The position numbers and the translations under genes were made by a program. A stretch of 64,000 bases of DNA from Patescibacteria group bacterium (lineage in GTDB: Bacteria > Patescibacteriota > Saccharimonadia > UBA4664). Shown here in pieces: positions 1 to 9,442 of this stretch. A model generated the notes under the pieces. That model was not told the origin of the DNA. It did not search any database and saw only the letters and a program-made list of their open reading frames with translations. The stretch is taken from positions 15,991 to 79,990 of the forward strand of contig JAQGHG010000005.1 in NCBI GenBank assembly GCA_028288925.1, read 5' to 3'. Within the stretch, counting starts at the first letter, position 1; every line of letters starts with the position of its first letter.

Positions 1-458
1 TAGGCGTAACCCTTGTCGAGGAGGCGCTGGACGATGTCGATCTGGGTGTCGATGAACTCGGTGGCGCGGGCGAAGGTGTCTTTGTAGCGCGGGCTGTGGT
101 AGGTGTTGGGGGGGAGGAGATTGAGCTTGAGCGCGTCGGCTTTGAAGGCTTCGGTGTATCTGTCGGCGACTTCACGGACGGTTTTGCCTTCGCGTTTGGC
201 ACCTTTTTCGGACTTATCCTCGCCTTCGTCAGCGTCACTGGTGAGGTGACCGACGTCGGTGATGTTCATGGTGTGTTTAACGGTATAGCCGGCGGTTTTA
301 AGAGTCCGGCGCAAGGTATCTTCGAAAATGAAGGTGCGAAGATTGCCGATTTGGGCGAAGTCGTACACGGTGGGGCCGCAGGTGTAGAGCGTGACCTCAC
401 CGGGCTTTTGGGGCTTAAAGTCTTCGACGTTACGCGTCAGGGTGTTGTACAGCCGCAT
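1..458 (-). CDS. cysS: Cysteinyl-tRNA synthetase, N-terminal 152 aa (gene continues beyond window start)
   Basis: Reverse translation from ATG at 458-456 gives [43 protein letters not shown]..., which aligns with the CysS N-terminus. An SD-like aggagc lies at 461-470 on the gene strand. This gene is not in the ORF track because it is truncated by the window edge. Confidence 0.8.
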   Translation of the reverse strand, partial: MRLYNTLTRNVEDFKPQKPGEVTLYTCGPTVYDFAQIGNLRTFIFEDTLRRTLKTAGYTVKHTMNITDVGHLTSDADEGEDKSEKGAKREGKTVREVADRYTEAFKADALKLNLLPPNTYHSPRYKDTFARATEFIDTQIDIVQRLLDKGYA

Positions 459-1452
459 CTTGTTGCTCCTTGTATTGCGTGAAGGTTTTGATTAATGTGT
501 CGATTTCGGCGCGGACATCGAGGCTTTTACAGCGATAGGCGGCCGCGTTGGGGTGGCCTCCCCCGCCGAATTTCTCGGCGATGGGCGCGGCGGCCTGGAT
601 GGTAGAGCGCAGGGGTACATTGATCTTGGTGCCGTAGTTTTTAAATACTGCTACGAGTTCGACGCCCTTGGTCCACTGCATCTCGTTGAGGATGAGGGTG
701 TAGGGCTCGGCGACGTCTTTGTATTTTGCGACCATGTCGGGAGTGATTTCGGCAATGGCGAGGTGGCCGTCCACATGGAATTCGACCGATTGCAGGAGTT
801 TGCCTTTGAGGTGGAGCAGATCGGAGGAGAGGGCGCTGGCTTCGCGTTTGGCTTTGTAGAGCTCGTGGAGGTTGGCGCCGGCTCGGGTGAGCTCGGCTAG
901 CATGGCCACGCTGTGGGCGGTGGTGCCGGAGGTGGTGAGGTTGAGCGAGTCGCTGAGCAGCGCGAAGGTGAGCTTGCCGGCGGCTTGTTGATTGATGGGC
1001 CACTCCAGGTCGAGGCAGATTTGGGTGATGAGCTCGGAGGTGGCGACGTCTTCAGTGACGATGTCGATGGTGTCGAAGCCGAAGGGATTGCGGCTGGCGT
1101 GGTGGTCGATGACGACCACGGGCTTGGCGGTGAGCGCGGTGAAGTGGTGCTCGAGGGTGGATTTGATGAGGGCCGGCGCGCCGGTATCTACCAGGATGGT
1201 AAGGTCGAACCGCTTGGGGAAGGCTTGCGACACACGGTCCCAGCCTTCGAGGTGGCGGAGGTAGGGTTCGGGCTCGCGGTAGGCGAACAGCGCCACCTCT
1301 TTACCAAGGTCACCGAGGATTTCTTCGAGACCGAGCGCCGAGCCGATGCTATCACCGTCGGGACTGTCGGGCTGGAGGACGAGAATGGTTTTGGCTTCGG
1401 CGACGAGGGTTTGAAGCTGCTTGATATTGGCTTGAGATTCGGATGAGTTCAT
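430..1452 (-). CDS. nrnA: DHH/DHHA1 phosphoesterase (NrnA-like oligoribonuclease/pAp phosphatase)
   Basis: DHH motif [10 protein letters not shown] and DHHA1 motif GGGGHPNAA. 340 aa. Confidence 0.8.
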   Translation of the reverse strand: MNSSESQANIKQLQTLVAEAKTILVLQPDSPDGDSIGSALGLEEILGDLGKEVALFAYREPEPYLRHLEGWDRVSQAFPKRFDLTILVDTGAPALIKSTLEHHFTALTAKPVVVIDHHASRNPFGFDTIDIVTEDVATSELITQICLDLEWPINQQAAGKLTFALLSDSLNLTTSGTTAHSVAMLAELTRAGANLHELYKAKREASALSSDLLHLKGKLLQSVEFHVDGHLAIAEITPDMVAKYKDVAEPYTLILNEMQWTKGVELVAVFKNYGTKINVPLRSTIQAAAPIAEKFGGGGHPNAAAYRCKSLDVRAEIDTLIKTFTQYKEQQDAAVQHPDA

Positions 1453-1501
1453 GTTGTAGGATTATACCTGTTTTAGCCTCGACAACCAAGGTAGCGGCCG
1501 G

Positions 1502-2101
1502 TCAGAAGGATTGCCTGCCTTGGAGCGCCCGGCCGAGGGTGATCTGGTCGGCGTATTCAAGGTCGCCACCGACCGGCAGGCCGCGGGCCAGGCGGGTGAG
1601 CTTGATGCCGGTGGGCTCGAGCTGCCCGCGGATATACATGGCGGTGGATTCGCCCTCCAGTGAAGGATTGGTGGCGAGGATGATTTCTTCGACCTCGCCG
1701 TTTTGGGCGCGCTGGACGAGACTGGCGATCTCTAGGCGGTCGGGGCCGACGCCGTCCATGGGCGAGATGACGCCGCCGAGCACGTGGTAAAGACCCTGGT
1801 AGAGGCCGGTTTTCTCGATGGCCACCACGTCGAACGGCTCTTCGACGACGGCGATGGTGGTGCGGTGGCGTGTGAGCGAGCCGCAGACTTCGCACTCTTC
1901 GGCTTCCGCGAAGTTGAAGCAGGTGCGGCAGGCGTGCACGCCGGCGTGCAGGCCGTCGATGGCCGCTCCGAGCGTGGTCGCGCGGACCGGATCGCTTTTG
2001 AGCATGTGAAAAGCCAATCGCTCGGCCGTGCGCGGACCAATACCGGGTAGTTTGCCCAGCTCTTCGATGAGGCGTTCAACTGACGAGGGGACGATTTTCA
2101 C
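1502..2101 (-). CDS. recR: Recombination protein RecR
   Basis: HhH (GIGPRTAERLAF), C4 zinc finger (CRTCFNFAEAEECEVC) and Toprim region. 199 aa. Confidence 0.9.
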   Translation of the reverse strand: MKIVPSSVERLIEELGKLPGIGPRTAERLAFHMLKSDPVRATTLGAAIDGLHAGVHACRTCFNFAEAEECEVCGSLTRHRTTIAVVEEPFDVVAIEKTGLYQGLYHVLGGVISPMDGVGPDRLEIASLVQRAQNGEVEEIILATNPSLEGESTAMYIRGQLEPTGIKLTRLARGLPVGGDLEYADQITLGRALQGRQSF

Positions 2102-2107
2102 GGTAGA

Positions 2108-2395
2108 CTACAGCCCGGGCAAGCCTAGGCCGCCGGCGACCGCTTTCATCTTCTCGGCGGCGAGTTGCTGTGAGCGGGTGATGGCTTGGGTGACGGCCGA
2201 CTCGATCCACTTCTCTACCTTGCTGAGCTCGACTTCGCGCAGGAGCTCTTCGTCGAGGGAGATTTTCTGGATCTTCTGCTCGCCGTTGATGCGCACCTTC
2301 ACAGCGCCATTGCCGGCTTCGGTTTCGATGGTTTCTTTGGCTAACGCCGATTGGATCTTCTTTAGCTCGAATATCGCTTTGCTCTTCTCGAACAT
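2108..2395 (-). CDS. ybaB: Nucleoid-associated protein YbaB/EbfC
   Basis: 95 aa with typical YbaB length and composition, directly upstream of recR in the canonical order. Confidence 0.85.
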   Translation of the reverse strand: MFEKSKAIFELKKIQSALAKETIETEAGNGAVKVRINGEQKIQKISLDEELLREVELSKVEKWIESAVTQAITRSQQLAAEKMKAVAGGLGLPGL

Positions 2396-2449
2396 ATACT
2401 GTCTCCGTTTCCTCTTATGCTAGAATAACTTCAACGTAAGGATACCGCT

Positions 2450-4303
2450 ATGAAGTCTTTGTACCATCGTACCATAGGATTGCTGTCTGAGTTCGCACGG
2501 AGCCGCCATGGCCTAATCGCTGCCGTTATGCTGGCGGCGATGTTTGGTTTGGGTTTGGGCAGCATGGCCGGAAATTCGGCGATTGTCGACGAGATCGCCC
2601 ATATTCCGGCTGGGTACTCGTATTTGCATTATGGCGACTACCGGTTGAATCCAGAGCACCCGCCGCTTATTAAGGATTTGGCCGGCCTGCCCTTGCAGTT
2701 CATGCATTTGCGCTTCCCGGACGACCAGGTGTCTTGGACGACCGACGTAAATGGCCAGTGGGAGGCGGGTTGGAATTTCCTTTATCACGTCGGCAATAAC
2801 GCGGATATGATTCTGTTTTGGTCGCGGCTGCCCGTGTTGCTGCTGGCAATTGTTTTTGGCGGTCTGTTGTACTGGATCTGCCGCCGCCGGTGGGGTACGG
2901 GAGTGGCGCTTTTGACGCTGTTTTTCTATACCTTGAGTCCGAATATTTTGGCACATTCGAGCTTGGTGACCACCGACTTGGGCGCGACAGTGTTTATATT
3001 TTTGGCGATCGTGGCGTTCGCGCGGTTTGTGGAACGGCCTAACCGTAATAATTTTATCCTTCTGTCGCTTGGATTGGGTGGAGCGCAGATTGCTAAGTTC
3101 TCGGCCTTTTTGTTGTATCCGTTTTTGGGCTTGGTGGTGCTGGGCGTGGTATGGCTGGCCAAGAATCCGAAGAAGCTGGCCGAACGGTTCAAGATATATT
3201 TGGGGGGATTTATTGGAGCTTCGGCGGTGAGTATTGGCTGGGTGTGGCTGTTTTATATTCCTCATACCTGGAACATGTCGAACGCGGTTCAGGACCGGCT
3301 TATCGAGGGGTCGCTGACCAATCCGAATGTGCTAGGTATAGCGCACATGTTGACGAGTCTGAATGATATACCGATCCTGAAGTCGCTTGTGCAGTATGTA
3401 TTGGGCCTCACTATGGTCTTTGGGCGTGTGGCCGGCGGCAACGTCACTTACTTTAACGGCCAAGTGACGGATCAAAGCTTCCATGCCTATTTCCCTGAGC
3501 TTTTCGCGGTTAAGACTCAAGTGGCGTTGCTGATATTGCTTTTGGTGGTGATCGCAGTGGGCTTAGGGCGCTTCGTGTGGTACCGGCAGGTGCTGAAGCG
3601 GGCCAAGGACCATTTCCGAAGCCATGTGCTGGAGTGGACGCTGGGCTTGTTCGCTGCTTTTTACTTCCTGGTATCGGTGGCGGGCAATTTGAACTTGGGT
3701 ATCCGGCATGTTCTACCTATCTACGTTCCGATCTTCATTTTGGTGGCAATCGCGACGGTCAAGTACTGGCGGCAGCTGGCTAAGACCCGCTGGGCCAAGA
3801 CGAGTAGCGTTGTGCTGGCTCTCTTGCTTCTGTGGTACGGCGGCAGCACGGTGGCGGCGTACCCGTCGTATCTCTCATATTTCAACGAGCTGATCGGCGG
3901 CTCGGCCAACGCCGATAAATACTTTTCGGATTCCAGTGTGGACTGGGGTCAGGATTTGCGCCGGTTGAAGGTTTACACTGACCAGCATCCGGAGATTAAT
4001 CGCATAGCGGTTGATTACTTTGGCGGTGGGGTCCCGGCCTACTATTTTTGTAATCGTAAGTATGATGCGGAAGGACGGCTCGTTGCTTCGGCGGCGGGCT
4101 ACGACTGCTCAAATAGCGTATTCGAGGAGTGGCACTCCCAATATGGGCGGTATACCGGCCAGTACATCGCGATATCCGAAACGTTTCTGGAGAATGATCT
4201 GTGGTACTCGGAGGTCAATGGTACGCCCGGGTATGATTACTTGCGTCAACGGAAGCCTATCGCCAAGATTGGCGGCAGTATCTACGTCTACAAACTTTAC
4301 TAA
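2450..4303 (+). CDS. GT-C fold membrane glycosyltransferase (GT39/PMT_2/ArnT-like), polyprenyl-phosphate-sugar dependent
   Basis: 617 aa with multiple N-terminal TM helices. Has a DE motif in the first extracytoplasmic loop (VDEIAH) and a large C-terminal non-membrane domain, resembling protein O-mannosyltransferase / ArnT family members. Confidence 0.6.
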   Translation: MKSLYHRTIGLLSEFARSRHGLIAAVMLAAMFGLGLGSMAGNSAIVDEIAHIPAGYSYLHYGDYRLNPEHPPLIKDLAGLPLQFMHLRFPDDQVSWTTDVNGQWEAGWNFLYHVGNNADMILFWSRLPVLLLAIVFGGLLYWICRRRWGTGVALLTLFFYTLSPNILAHSSLVTTDLGATVFIFLAIVAFARFVERPNRNNFILLSLGLGGAQIAKFSAFLLYPFLGLVVLGVVWLAKNPKKLAERFKIYLGGFIGASAVSIGWVWLFYIPHTWNMSNAVQDRLIEGSLTNPNVLGIAHMLTSLNDIPILKSLVQYVLGLTMVFGRVAGGNVTYFNGQVTDQSFHAYFPELFAVKTQVALLILLLVVIAVGLGRFVWYRQVLKRAKDHFRSHVLEWTLGLFAAFYFLVSVAGNLNLGIRHVLPIYVPIFILVAIATVKYWRQLAKTRWAKTSSVVLALLLLWYGGSTVAAYPSYLSYFNELIGGSANADKYFSDSSVDWGQDLRRLKVYTDQHPEINRIAVDYFGGGVPAYYFCNRKYDAEGRLVASAAGYDCSNSVFEEWHSQYGRYTGQYIAISETFLENDLWYSEVNGTPGYDYLRQRKPIAKIGGSIYVYKLY

Positions 4304-4325
4304 ACGTTAGCGGGACGGCCCGGCG

Positions 4326-4862
4326 TTATTGGCGGCGGAGGCCTTTGGCCAGCTGGATTGCTTCGGATTCGCTGAAACGGTGGCGGCTGGTGATGATGAT
4401 CCACGTGGTGGTGGTCTCGATGCTTACTGCCCGGCGCCCATTGCTTTTGAGGGTGCCCAGGATGGCGGTGTACGGGGTTTTGGATTGGAGATTCTTAGCA
4501 TCTTGGAAGTTCTTATCGTAGAAGGAGGTGAAGTCGAACTTGGGCGGTAAGGCGGTCTCGGTGACGGCAATATTCTCGCCCGCGGGAGTGATAGCCTGGA
4601 ATATGAGCGCGCCGTCTTGTACGGCGTAGGAGTTTTGGTCAAGGGTAAAGCCGGCCGGCACGTAGGTGAGACGGTAGATGGGAAAGAGGGTTCTTTCGGC
4701 GACGTTAGCGGGGACGGTGGCTAGGCTGTGTGTGGACCGCCAGGCCGCTATGCCGCCGCCGGCCAAGAGTAGCGTGAGCAATAGGCCACCGGCGCTGATG
4801 TATGCCCAGCGGGGTGGTCGGCGGCGAGTTGGTCCGGTTGGTGATGGAGCATCATTGGGCAT
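4326..4862 (-). CDS. N-terminally membrane-anchored hypothetical protein (paralog of 7914-8435)
   Basis: Single TM (AYISAGGLLLTLLLAGGGIAAW) followed by an extracytoplasmic domain. It shares the motif pattern P.Y.P.GF...Y....G.LIF......GENI.V..TA.PP.F with the protein at 7914-8435. Confidence 0.45.
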   Translation of the reverse strand: MPNDAPSPTGPTRRRPPRWAYISAGGLLLTLLLAGGGIAAWRSTHSLATVPANVAERTLFPIYRLTYVPAGFTLDQNSYAVQDGALIFQAITPAGENIAVTETALPPKFDFTSFYDKNFQDAKNLQSKTPYTAILGTLKSNGRRAVSIETTTTWIIITSRHRFSESEAIQLAKGLRRQ

Positions 4863-4907
4863 GTGGTTATTCTATCATTAGTAAGCTGGGCGTAGTGAGC
4901 GGCTCGG

Positions 4908-4936
4908 TTGAGTCTAGCCTCGAATCGAGGTACAAT
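4908..4936 (+). promoter_or_regulatory. Sigma70-like promoter for the large secreted protein gene
   Basis: TTGAGT (4908-4913), 17-nt spacer, TACAAT (4931-4936). The spacer contains the inverted repeat cctcgaatcgagg, and a second palindrome cgtctatcgctagacg lies in the 5' UTR around 4974-4989. Confidence 0.35.
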
Positions 4937-5030
4937 TTAAGCGTTAGCATTTTGTTGTGAGGGCACGATTAGTACGTCTATCGCTAGACGAATACGTAAT
5001 CTTTGTAATCCTCGTACTTCCCTGCCCGTT

Positions 5031-7862
5031 ATGGTGTTTGGGCTTATTCTGGTTGGAATGACCGGTATAATAACGGCTCTTGTCCCCGCCCCCGCCCTGG
5101 CCGCCGCCGGCATCAACAAAACCATTGGCTTCCAGGGCCGGCTGCTGACCGCTACCGGGGCGGTAGTACCGGACGGTAACTACAACTTGAAGTTCAAAAT
5201 CTACCAGGATGGTAGTGGCCGCCTTGCGAGTGACGCGGTAGACGGCGCCACCCCGGCCGGTACCCTGATGTGGACAGAACTATGGCAAAACTCGGTAGCT
5301 ACCGGGTCTTCGAGCGGGGTAACGGTCAAGAACGGTTACTTCTCCGTAACTCTGGGTACCTACTGCGTCCTGGCCGGATCGAGCTGCCAAGGCAATTCCA
5401 ACACCGGAGTGAGCTTCAACCAAGACACCCTCTGGCTATCCATGGATGTCGGTGGCACCGCCGTAAGTAACACCCCCACCTACGACGGGGAGATGCTCCC
5501 CATGAAGCGGCTGACTTCGGCCGTGTACGCGCTGCAGGCGGATAACGCTAACACTCTGGGCGGGTTGACGAGTAGCGGCTTTATCCAGAATACGGCGACC
5601 GTCCAGACGAACGCGAATATTGCTATCCAAAGTGTGGCGGACGCGAGTGTGACCCTGCTCCTGAAGGAGCGGGCAACGCAGTCGGCGGATATTTTGCGCG
5701 TTACTGATTCTAGCAACGTCCTGATTTTCGATATCGATACGTTTGGCAAGCTCCACCAGGCGTACGCGGCTACCTTCGACGGGGCGGTGGGCATCGGGAT
5801 GGCAAGCAGTTCGGGCGAGCAGCTGCGGGTAGCGGTCGCGAGCGCTTCTACGGTTGGATTCGCCGTCTATGGCAGTACCGGCCAGACGGCCGATCTGATC
5901 AACGTGGACGCCGAGGGTACCAAGGCGCTGAACTACACCGGAGCCGGTACACTGGCCGTAACCGCCGGGTCGGGGCAGACCGCCGACCTCCTGCAGGTCA
6001 AAGACACGACGGGGGCGAACTTGCTCAAGGTGGATTCGGGAGGCAACCAGGAAGGGACCGGGTATATCAATAATGGGTATGGCGGGGTTGGTCAGTTTGG
6101 GAATCTGCTGACTTATAGTGAGCAGTTCGATAATGGCGCCTGGACGAAGACGAGCGTGACGGCCCCGACGGCTGATACGATCGTGGCGCTGGATGGGCAG
6201 ACGACGGCCGAGAGTCTGGCCGATAGCGGCAGCGGGGGAAGTGTGAGCCAGACCTCCGGAACGGCCCCGACTAATGCCAACTACACGTTTAGCGTGTGGT
6301 TGAAAACGGCGAGTGGTACTCAGCCGGCCGATTTGCGCATCGACGGCGCGACCACCGGCACGGGCACCAAGGTCACGGTTACCGCTACCAGTACCTGGCA
6401 ACGGTTTAGTGTAACGCAGAATACCAACGGTTTTACGGGTAACATTAAACCCTTGATCTTTCCGGGAGGTACTGCTGGTAGCGGCACGGTACACGCTTGG
6501 GGCGCGCAGCTCGTTCTGGCCTCGGTACCCCAGGTGTACGTCCGGGCGACGGCTACCACCGTGGCGGCCGGCCAGGGTGTGGTGAGCAATGGCGGGGCAT
6601 TTATTTCGAGCCTTAATGCTACTGATATTCCATTGGTGGTACAGGGGTCGCCGTCGCAGAGTGGAGATCTGCTGCAGCTTCAGAATTCGAGTGCTACGAG
6701 CTTGTTTAAGGTGGGTGCGGTTGGTGGGCTGACGATAGCCGAGGCTTCGTTTGGCGCGGGGGCCGCTCCCGTGGCGCTATCGGTGACGGGCGCCGGCGGT
6801 GGTACGGGCGTCACGGGTGGCGCGGGTGGCGCTATCTCGCTGGTGACCGGCAACGGCGCGAACGGCACTACTAACGGCGGCGCGGGTGGCGCGGTCACGA
6901 TCACGGCGGGCAATGGAGGCTCCAACTCCGCTAACGGAGCCGGTGGCACCATTACCCTGGCGGCGGGCAATGGCGGCACCACGGCGGTTAGCGGCGGCAA
7001 CGGCGGCTCGGTGATCTTGCAGGGTGGCGCGGCTCAAGGTGGCGGTACGGTGGGCAAGGTGCTGGTAAAACCGCTCGCGAACGCCGACTCCACGGCGGCT
7101 TTCCAGGTACAGAAGGCCGGTGGCGCGGCGATGTTCGCGGTGGATACGACCAACCAGGCTGTAATAGTCGGTACGCCCGCAGGCGATAGCGTCGGCACCG
7201 TTTTGCAACTAGGGGTCAAATCGAATGCGGGCGATCCAGCCGGTGGGTATGTAGTGGACGGGGCGATATATTACAACAGTTCGACAGATTCGTTCCGCTG
7301 CTACAACAATAGTTTCTGGGTGAGCTGCATCGGCGGTATGCGGTATTCGCAGACTAGCCAGGGTGGTGCGAGTAACAACCCGCCGGCTGGTGATACCGTC
7401 GGCAACACCACTACCGCTACGACTTTTGCTGAATCTTACTCGGTTCCGGCTAACGACTGTATCCCGGGCCGGGTGTATCGGATAACGGCTGGTGGTTTAT
7501 GGGGCGATGCTGCTACGTCGGTCTTTACACTTAAGGTATTATGGGGCGCGACAACGGTGGCGGTAACAGACGCGGGCGCGACTCTGAATTATGCTAGTCA
7601 GACGGCTCAGTATTGGCACGCTCAGATTATGCTTACATGTTTCACTAATGCTTCGGCGGTTACAGCAATAGAGGCGACGGGGCAAGTGTTCTTTAACGCC
7701 AATAACGTGGGTCAGGTGATGGGCATTGGAACGAGTGTTAAAGGACAGGCTGTGACTACGAATAGCAGTCAGACGCTTAAACTCCAGGTGACGTGGGCAA
7801 ACTTGAGCGCATCAAATACTATTACGCTCCGTACTTATGTTGTCGAGTCTATGGGGCCGTAG
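5031..7862 (+). CDS. Large secreted Gly-rich repeat protein with central CBM-like beta-sandwich (putative surface/adhesin or fiber-like protein)
   Basis: 943 aa with an N-terminal signal peptide (MVFGLILVGMTGIITALVPAPALAAAG). Contains four copies of a GQTADLLQVKDTTGANLLKVD-type motif and a CBM4/9-like segment (NANYTFSVWLKT...TWQRFSVT). Also has roughly 15-aa Gly-rich tandem repeats (GGAGGAISLVTGNGA and similar) and a Cys pair near the C-terminus. Confidence 0.6.
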   Translation: MVFGLILVGMTGIITALVPAPALAAAGINKTIGFQGRLLTATGAVVPDGNYNLKFKIYQDGSGRLASDAVDGATPAGTLMWTELWQNSVATGSSSGVTVKNGYFSVTLGTYCVLAGSSCQGNSNTGVSFNQDTLWLSMDVGGTAVSNTPTYDGEMLPMKRLTSAVYALQADNANTLGGLTSSGFIQNTATVQTNANIAIQSVADASVTLLLKERATQSADILRVTDSSNVLIFDIDTFGKLHQAYAATFDGAVGIGMASSSGEQLRVAVASASTVGFAVYGSTGQTADLINVDAEGTKALNYTGAGTLAVTAGSGQTADLLQVKDTTGANLLKVDSGGNQEGTGYINNGYGGVGQFGNLLTYSEQFDNGAWTKTSVTAPTADTIVALDGQTTAESLADSGSGGSVSQTSGTAPTNANYTFSVWLKTASGTQPADLRIDGATTGTGTKVTVTATSTWQRFSVTQNTNGFTGNIKPLIFPGGTAGSGTVHAWGAQLVLASVPQVYVRATATTVAAGQGVVSNGGAFISSLNATDIPLVVQGSPSQSGDLLQLQNSSATSLFKVGAVGGLTIAEASFGAGAAPVALSVTGAGGGTGVTGGAGGAISLVTGNGANGTTNGGAGGAVTITAGNGGSNSANGAGGTITLAAGNGGTTAVSGGNGGSVILQGGAAQGGGTVGKVLVKPLANADSTAAFQVQKAGGAAMFAVDTTNQAVIVGTPAGDSVGTVLQLGVKSNAGDPAGGYVVDGAIYYNSSTDSFRCYNNSFWVSCIGGMRYSQTSQGGASNNPPAGDTVGNTTTATTFAESYSVPANDCIPGRVYRITAGGLWGDAATSVFTLKVLWGATTVAVTDAGATLNYASQTAQYWHAQIMLTCFTNASAVTAIEATGQVFFNANNVGQVMGIGTSVKGQAVTTNSSQTLKLQVTWANLSASNTITLRTYVVESMGP
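6780..7045 (+). repeat. Imperfect in-frame tandem DNA repeats (about 45-60 nt units) encoding GGxGGx(I/V)(S/T)(L/I)xxGNGG
   Basis: Repeated ggcggcgcgggtggcgc...ggcaacggcg units are visible in the sequence. They are coding, inside 5031-7862. Confidence 0.5.
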
Positions 7863-7913
7863 GGGCTGATACTTCGTGGTTGGCGCCGGATACATGGCTA
7901 ACGCCAATTCATC

Positions 7914-8435
7914 TTATTTTGCCAGAATGAGTTTATGAGCGATGGATTCGAGCGTGCTCGTGGGTACGTTGGCGCTGGTGTTCATGAGTATCCAGGTTTT
8001 GTTGCTGCCGGTGGTAAGGCTGGCGATTTGCTGGATTTGAGAGCCGTCTTGGGCCTGGCCGATGTAGCCTTGGCCCGCCGGGGCGGCGAGTTTGGTGGAA
8101 TGCTGGAGGTTTTTGTGGAAGGTGTCGAGTTTGAGCTTTTTGCCGTTGGGCGGCGCTTGCTGGCTGATGTAGATGGTCGGTTTATCATCGCTGCGGATTT
8201 CGAAGATGGTAATCCCCTTTTCGGGTTGACTGACGGATCCGTAATTTATGGAATAGCTTTTGGGCAGCTTGCCGGGGTAGTACAGCGGGATATCGCTGGC
8301 ATTGATAATGCGGGACGCGAAGGGACTGTGGGGCTGAGCATGCCGGTATACGAGTATTATGCCGGCTGCCGCGCTGAGTGCAATTATGGCTGCGATAGTT
8401 AAGCTAATCTTGAGATTGAGCCGGGGCCATGTCAT
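7914..8435 (-). CDS. N-terminally membrane-anchored hypothetical protein (paralog of 4326-4862)
   Basis: TM (ISLTIAAIIALSAAAGIILVY) plus an extracytoplasmic domain similar to 4326-4862. Its start overlaps the stop of the upstream GH130 gene by 4 nt. Confidence 0.45.
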   Translation of the reverse strand: MTWPRLNLKISLTIAAIIALSAAAGIILVYRHAQPHSPFASRIINASDIPLYYPGKLPKSYSINYGSVSQPEKGITIFEIRSDDKPTIYISQQAPPNGKKLKLDTFHKNLQHSTKLAAPAGQGYIGQAQDGSQIQQIASLTTGSNKTWILMNTSANVPTSTLESIAHKLILAK

Positions 8436-9424
8436 GGGGTGAGGTTTCCGAGAAGTTCATCTAGCTTACAAGTAGCAAGACAAACGCCTTGATCACCGGA
8501 GCCGTAGTAGACGTAGAGGTCTTCGCCTACGATGACCGCGCCGGAGGGGAAGGTTACATGGTCGACGACGCCTTCGAGCTCTTCGGGGGTTTCGGGCCGC
8601 AGGATGGGCTCGGACGTGGTGGCGAGGACTTTCCAGGGCTCGTTGAGGTCGAGGAGGGCGGCGTTTATTTGCCATTCGCGATGGTCTTCGGTGTTTGAGG
8701 GGCAGTAAATGAAGAGCCAGCCGTCCTTGGTGCGGATGGGCGGCGCTCCGAGCTCCGGACCGCGCTGGACGCCGGTGACATGGCCGTCGTGCTCGATGGC
8801 GGTTGGTTTGAGTACGGCGTACTCATCGTAATGCTCGAGGGTATTGGCGATGAGGCCGGCCGGCGGTTTTTTGAGCTCGGCTACAGAGCCGAATCTTGCG
8901 TGCATAATGGTGGATTCGGGCCGGTCAGCGCGCCAGGTGTAGTACCAAATGTATTGACCGTTGACCGGCTCGGGCAGGAGCGCGGCGGCCTTGGAGCGCG
9001 AGCCGTGTGGGCCGACGACGCCATGTTTGGTAACGGTTTTGAAGTCGGTGGTAGTGGCGAGGGCGACGCGGACGTTCTTGATGTTGTCGTGCCACTCGAC
9101 GGCGGTGTAGTAAATGAAGTACTCCTCCCCTATCTTGGTGACGCGGGGGTCTTCGCAGCCGAGACCTTGTTCGTAGGGCTGGTCTGGTGTGATGAGCGGC
9201 TCAGACCGGCGTTCGAAGTGGATACCGTCGGTGCTTTCGGCATACCCGATTGACGAGATGTATTGACCGCTGACGCTGGTTTTGACGTCGTTTGTGGCCC
9301 GGTACAGCATGCGGAATAGCCCGTCTTCGTAAAAGACGTTAGCATTGAAGACCGATCCAGCCTCCCAGGTGTTTGCGGGGTTCTTTTGGAGAATGGGGTT
9401 TTGGGGGTGGCGGATGAGTCGCAT
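8432..9424 (-). CDS. GH130 family protein (beta-mannoside phosphorylase/DUF377-like), single domain, cytoplasmic
   Basis: GCEDPRV signature and a five-bladed propeller-like pattern (WLFIY, YVYYGSGD). No signal peptide. 330 aa. Confidence 0.8.
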   Translation of the reverse strand: MRLIRHPQNPILQKNPANTWEAGSVFNANVFYEDGLFRMLYRATNDVKTSVSGQYISSIGYAESTDGIHFERRSEPLITPDQPYEQGLGCEDPRVTKIGEEYFIYYTAVEWHDNIKNVRVALATTTDFKTVTKHGVVGPHGSRSKAAALLPEPVNGQYIWYYTWRADRPESTIMHARFGSVAELKKPPAGLIANTLEHYDEYAVLKPTAIEHDGHVTGVQRGPELGAPPIRTKDGWLFIYCPSNTEDHREWQINAALLDLNEPWKVLATTSEPILRPETPEELEGVVDHVTFPSGAVIVGEDLYVYYGSGDQGVCLATCKLDELLGNLTP

Positions 9425-9442
9425 GGTTTTATGATACCAGAG

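Noticed and set aside
96-482. 128-aa plus-strand ORF at the window start
   Set aside because: It lies antisense to cysS and nrnA, has Gly/Val-rich GC-shadow composition, and real minus-strand genes fully account for the region.
5436-6494. 352-aa minus-strand ORF inside the giant surface-protein gene
   Set aside because: An Arg/Pro/Gly-rich antisense shadow typical of GC-rich coding DNA. It has no start context.
6780-7045. Possible CRISPR-like repeat array
   Set aside because: The repeats are imperfect, in-frame and coding (Gly-rich protein repeats). They are not direct repeats with unique spacers, and there are no cas genes.
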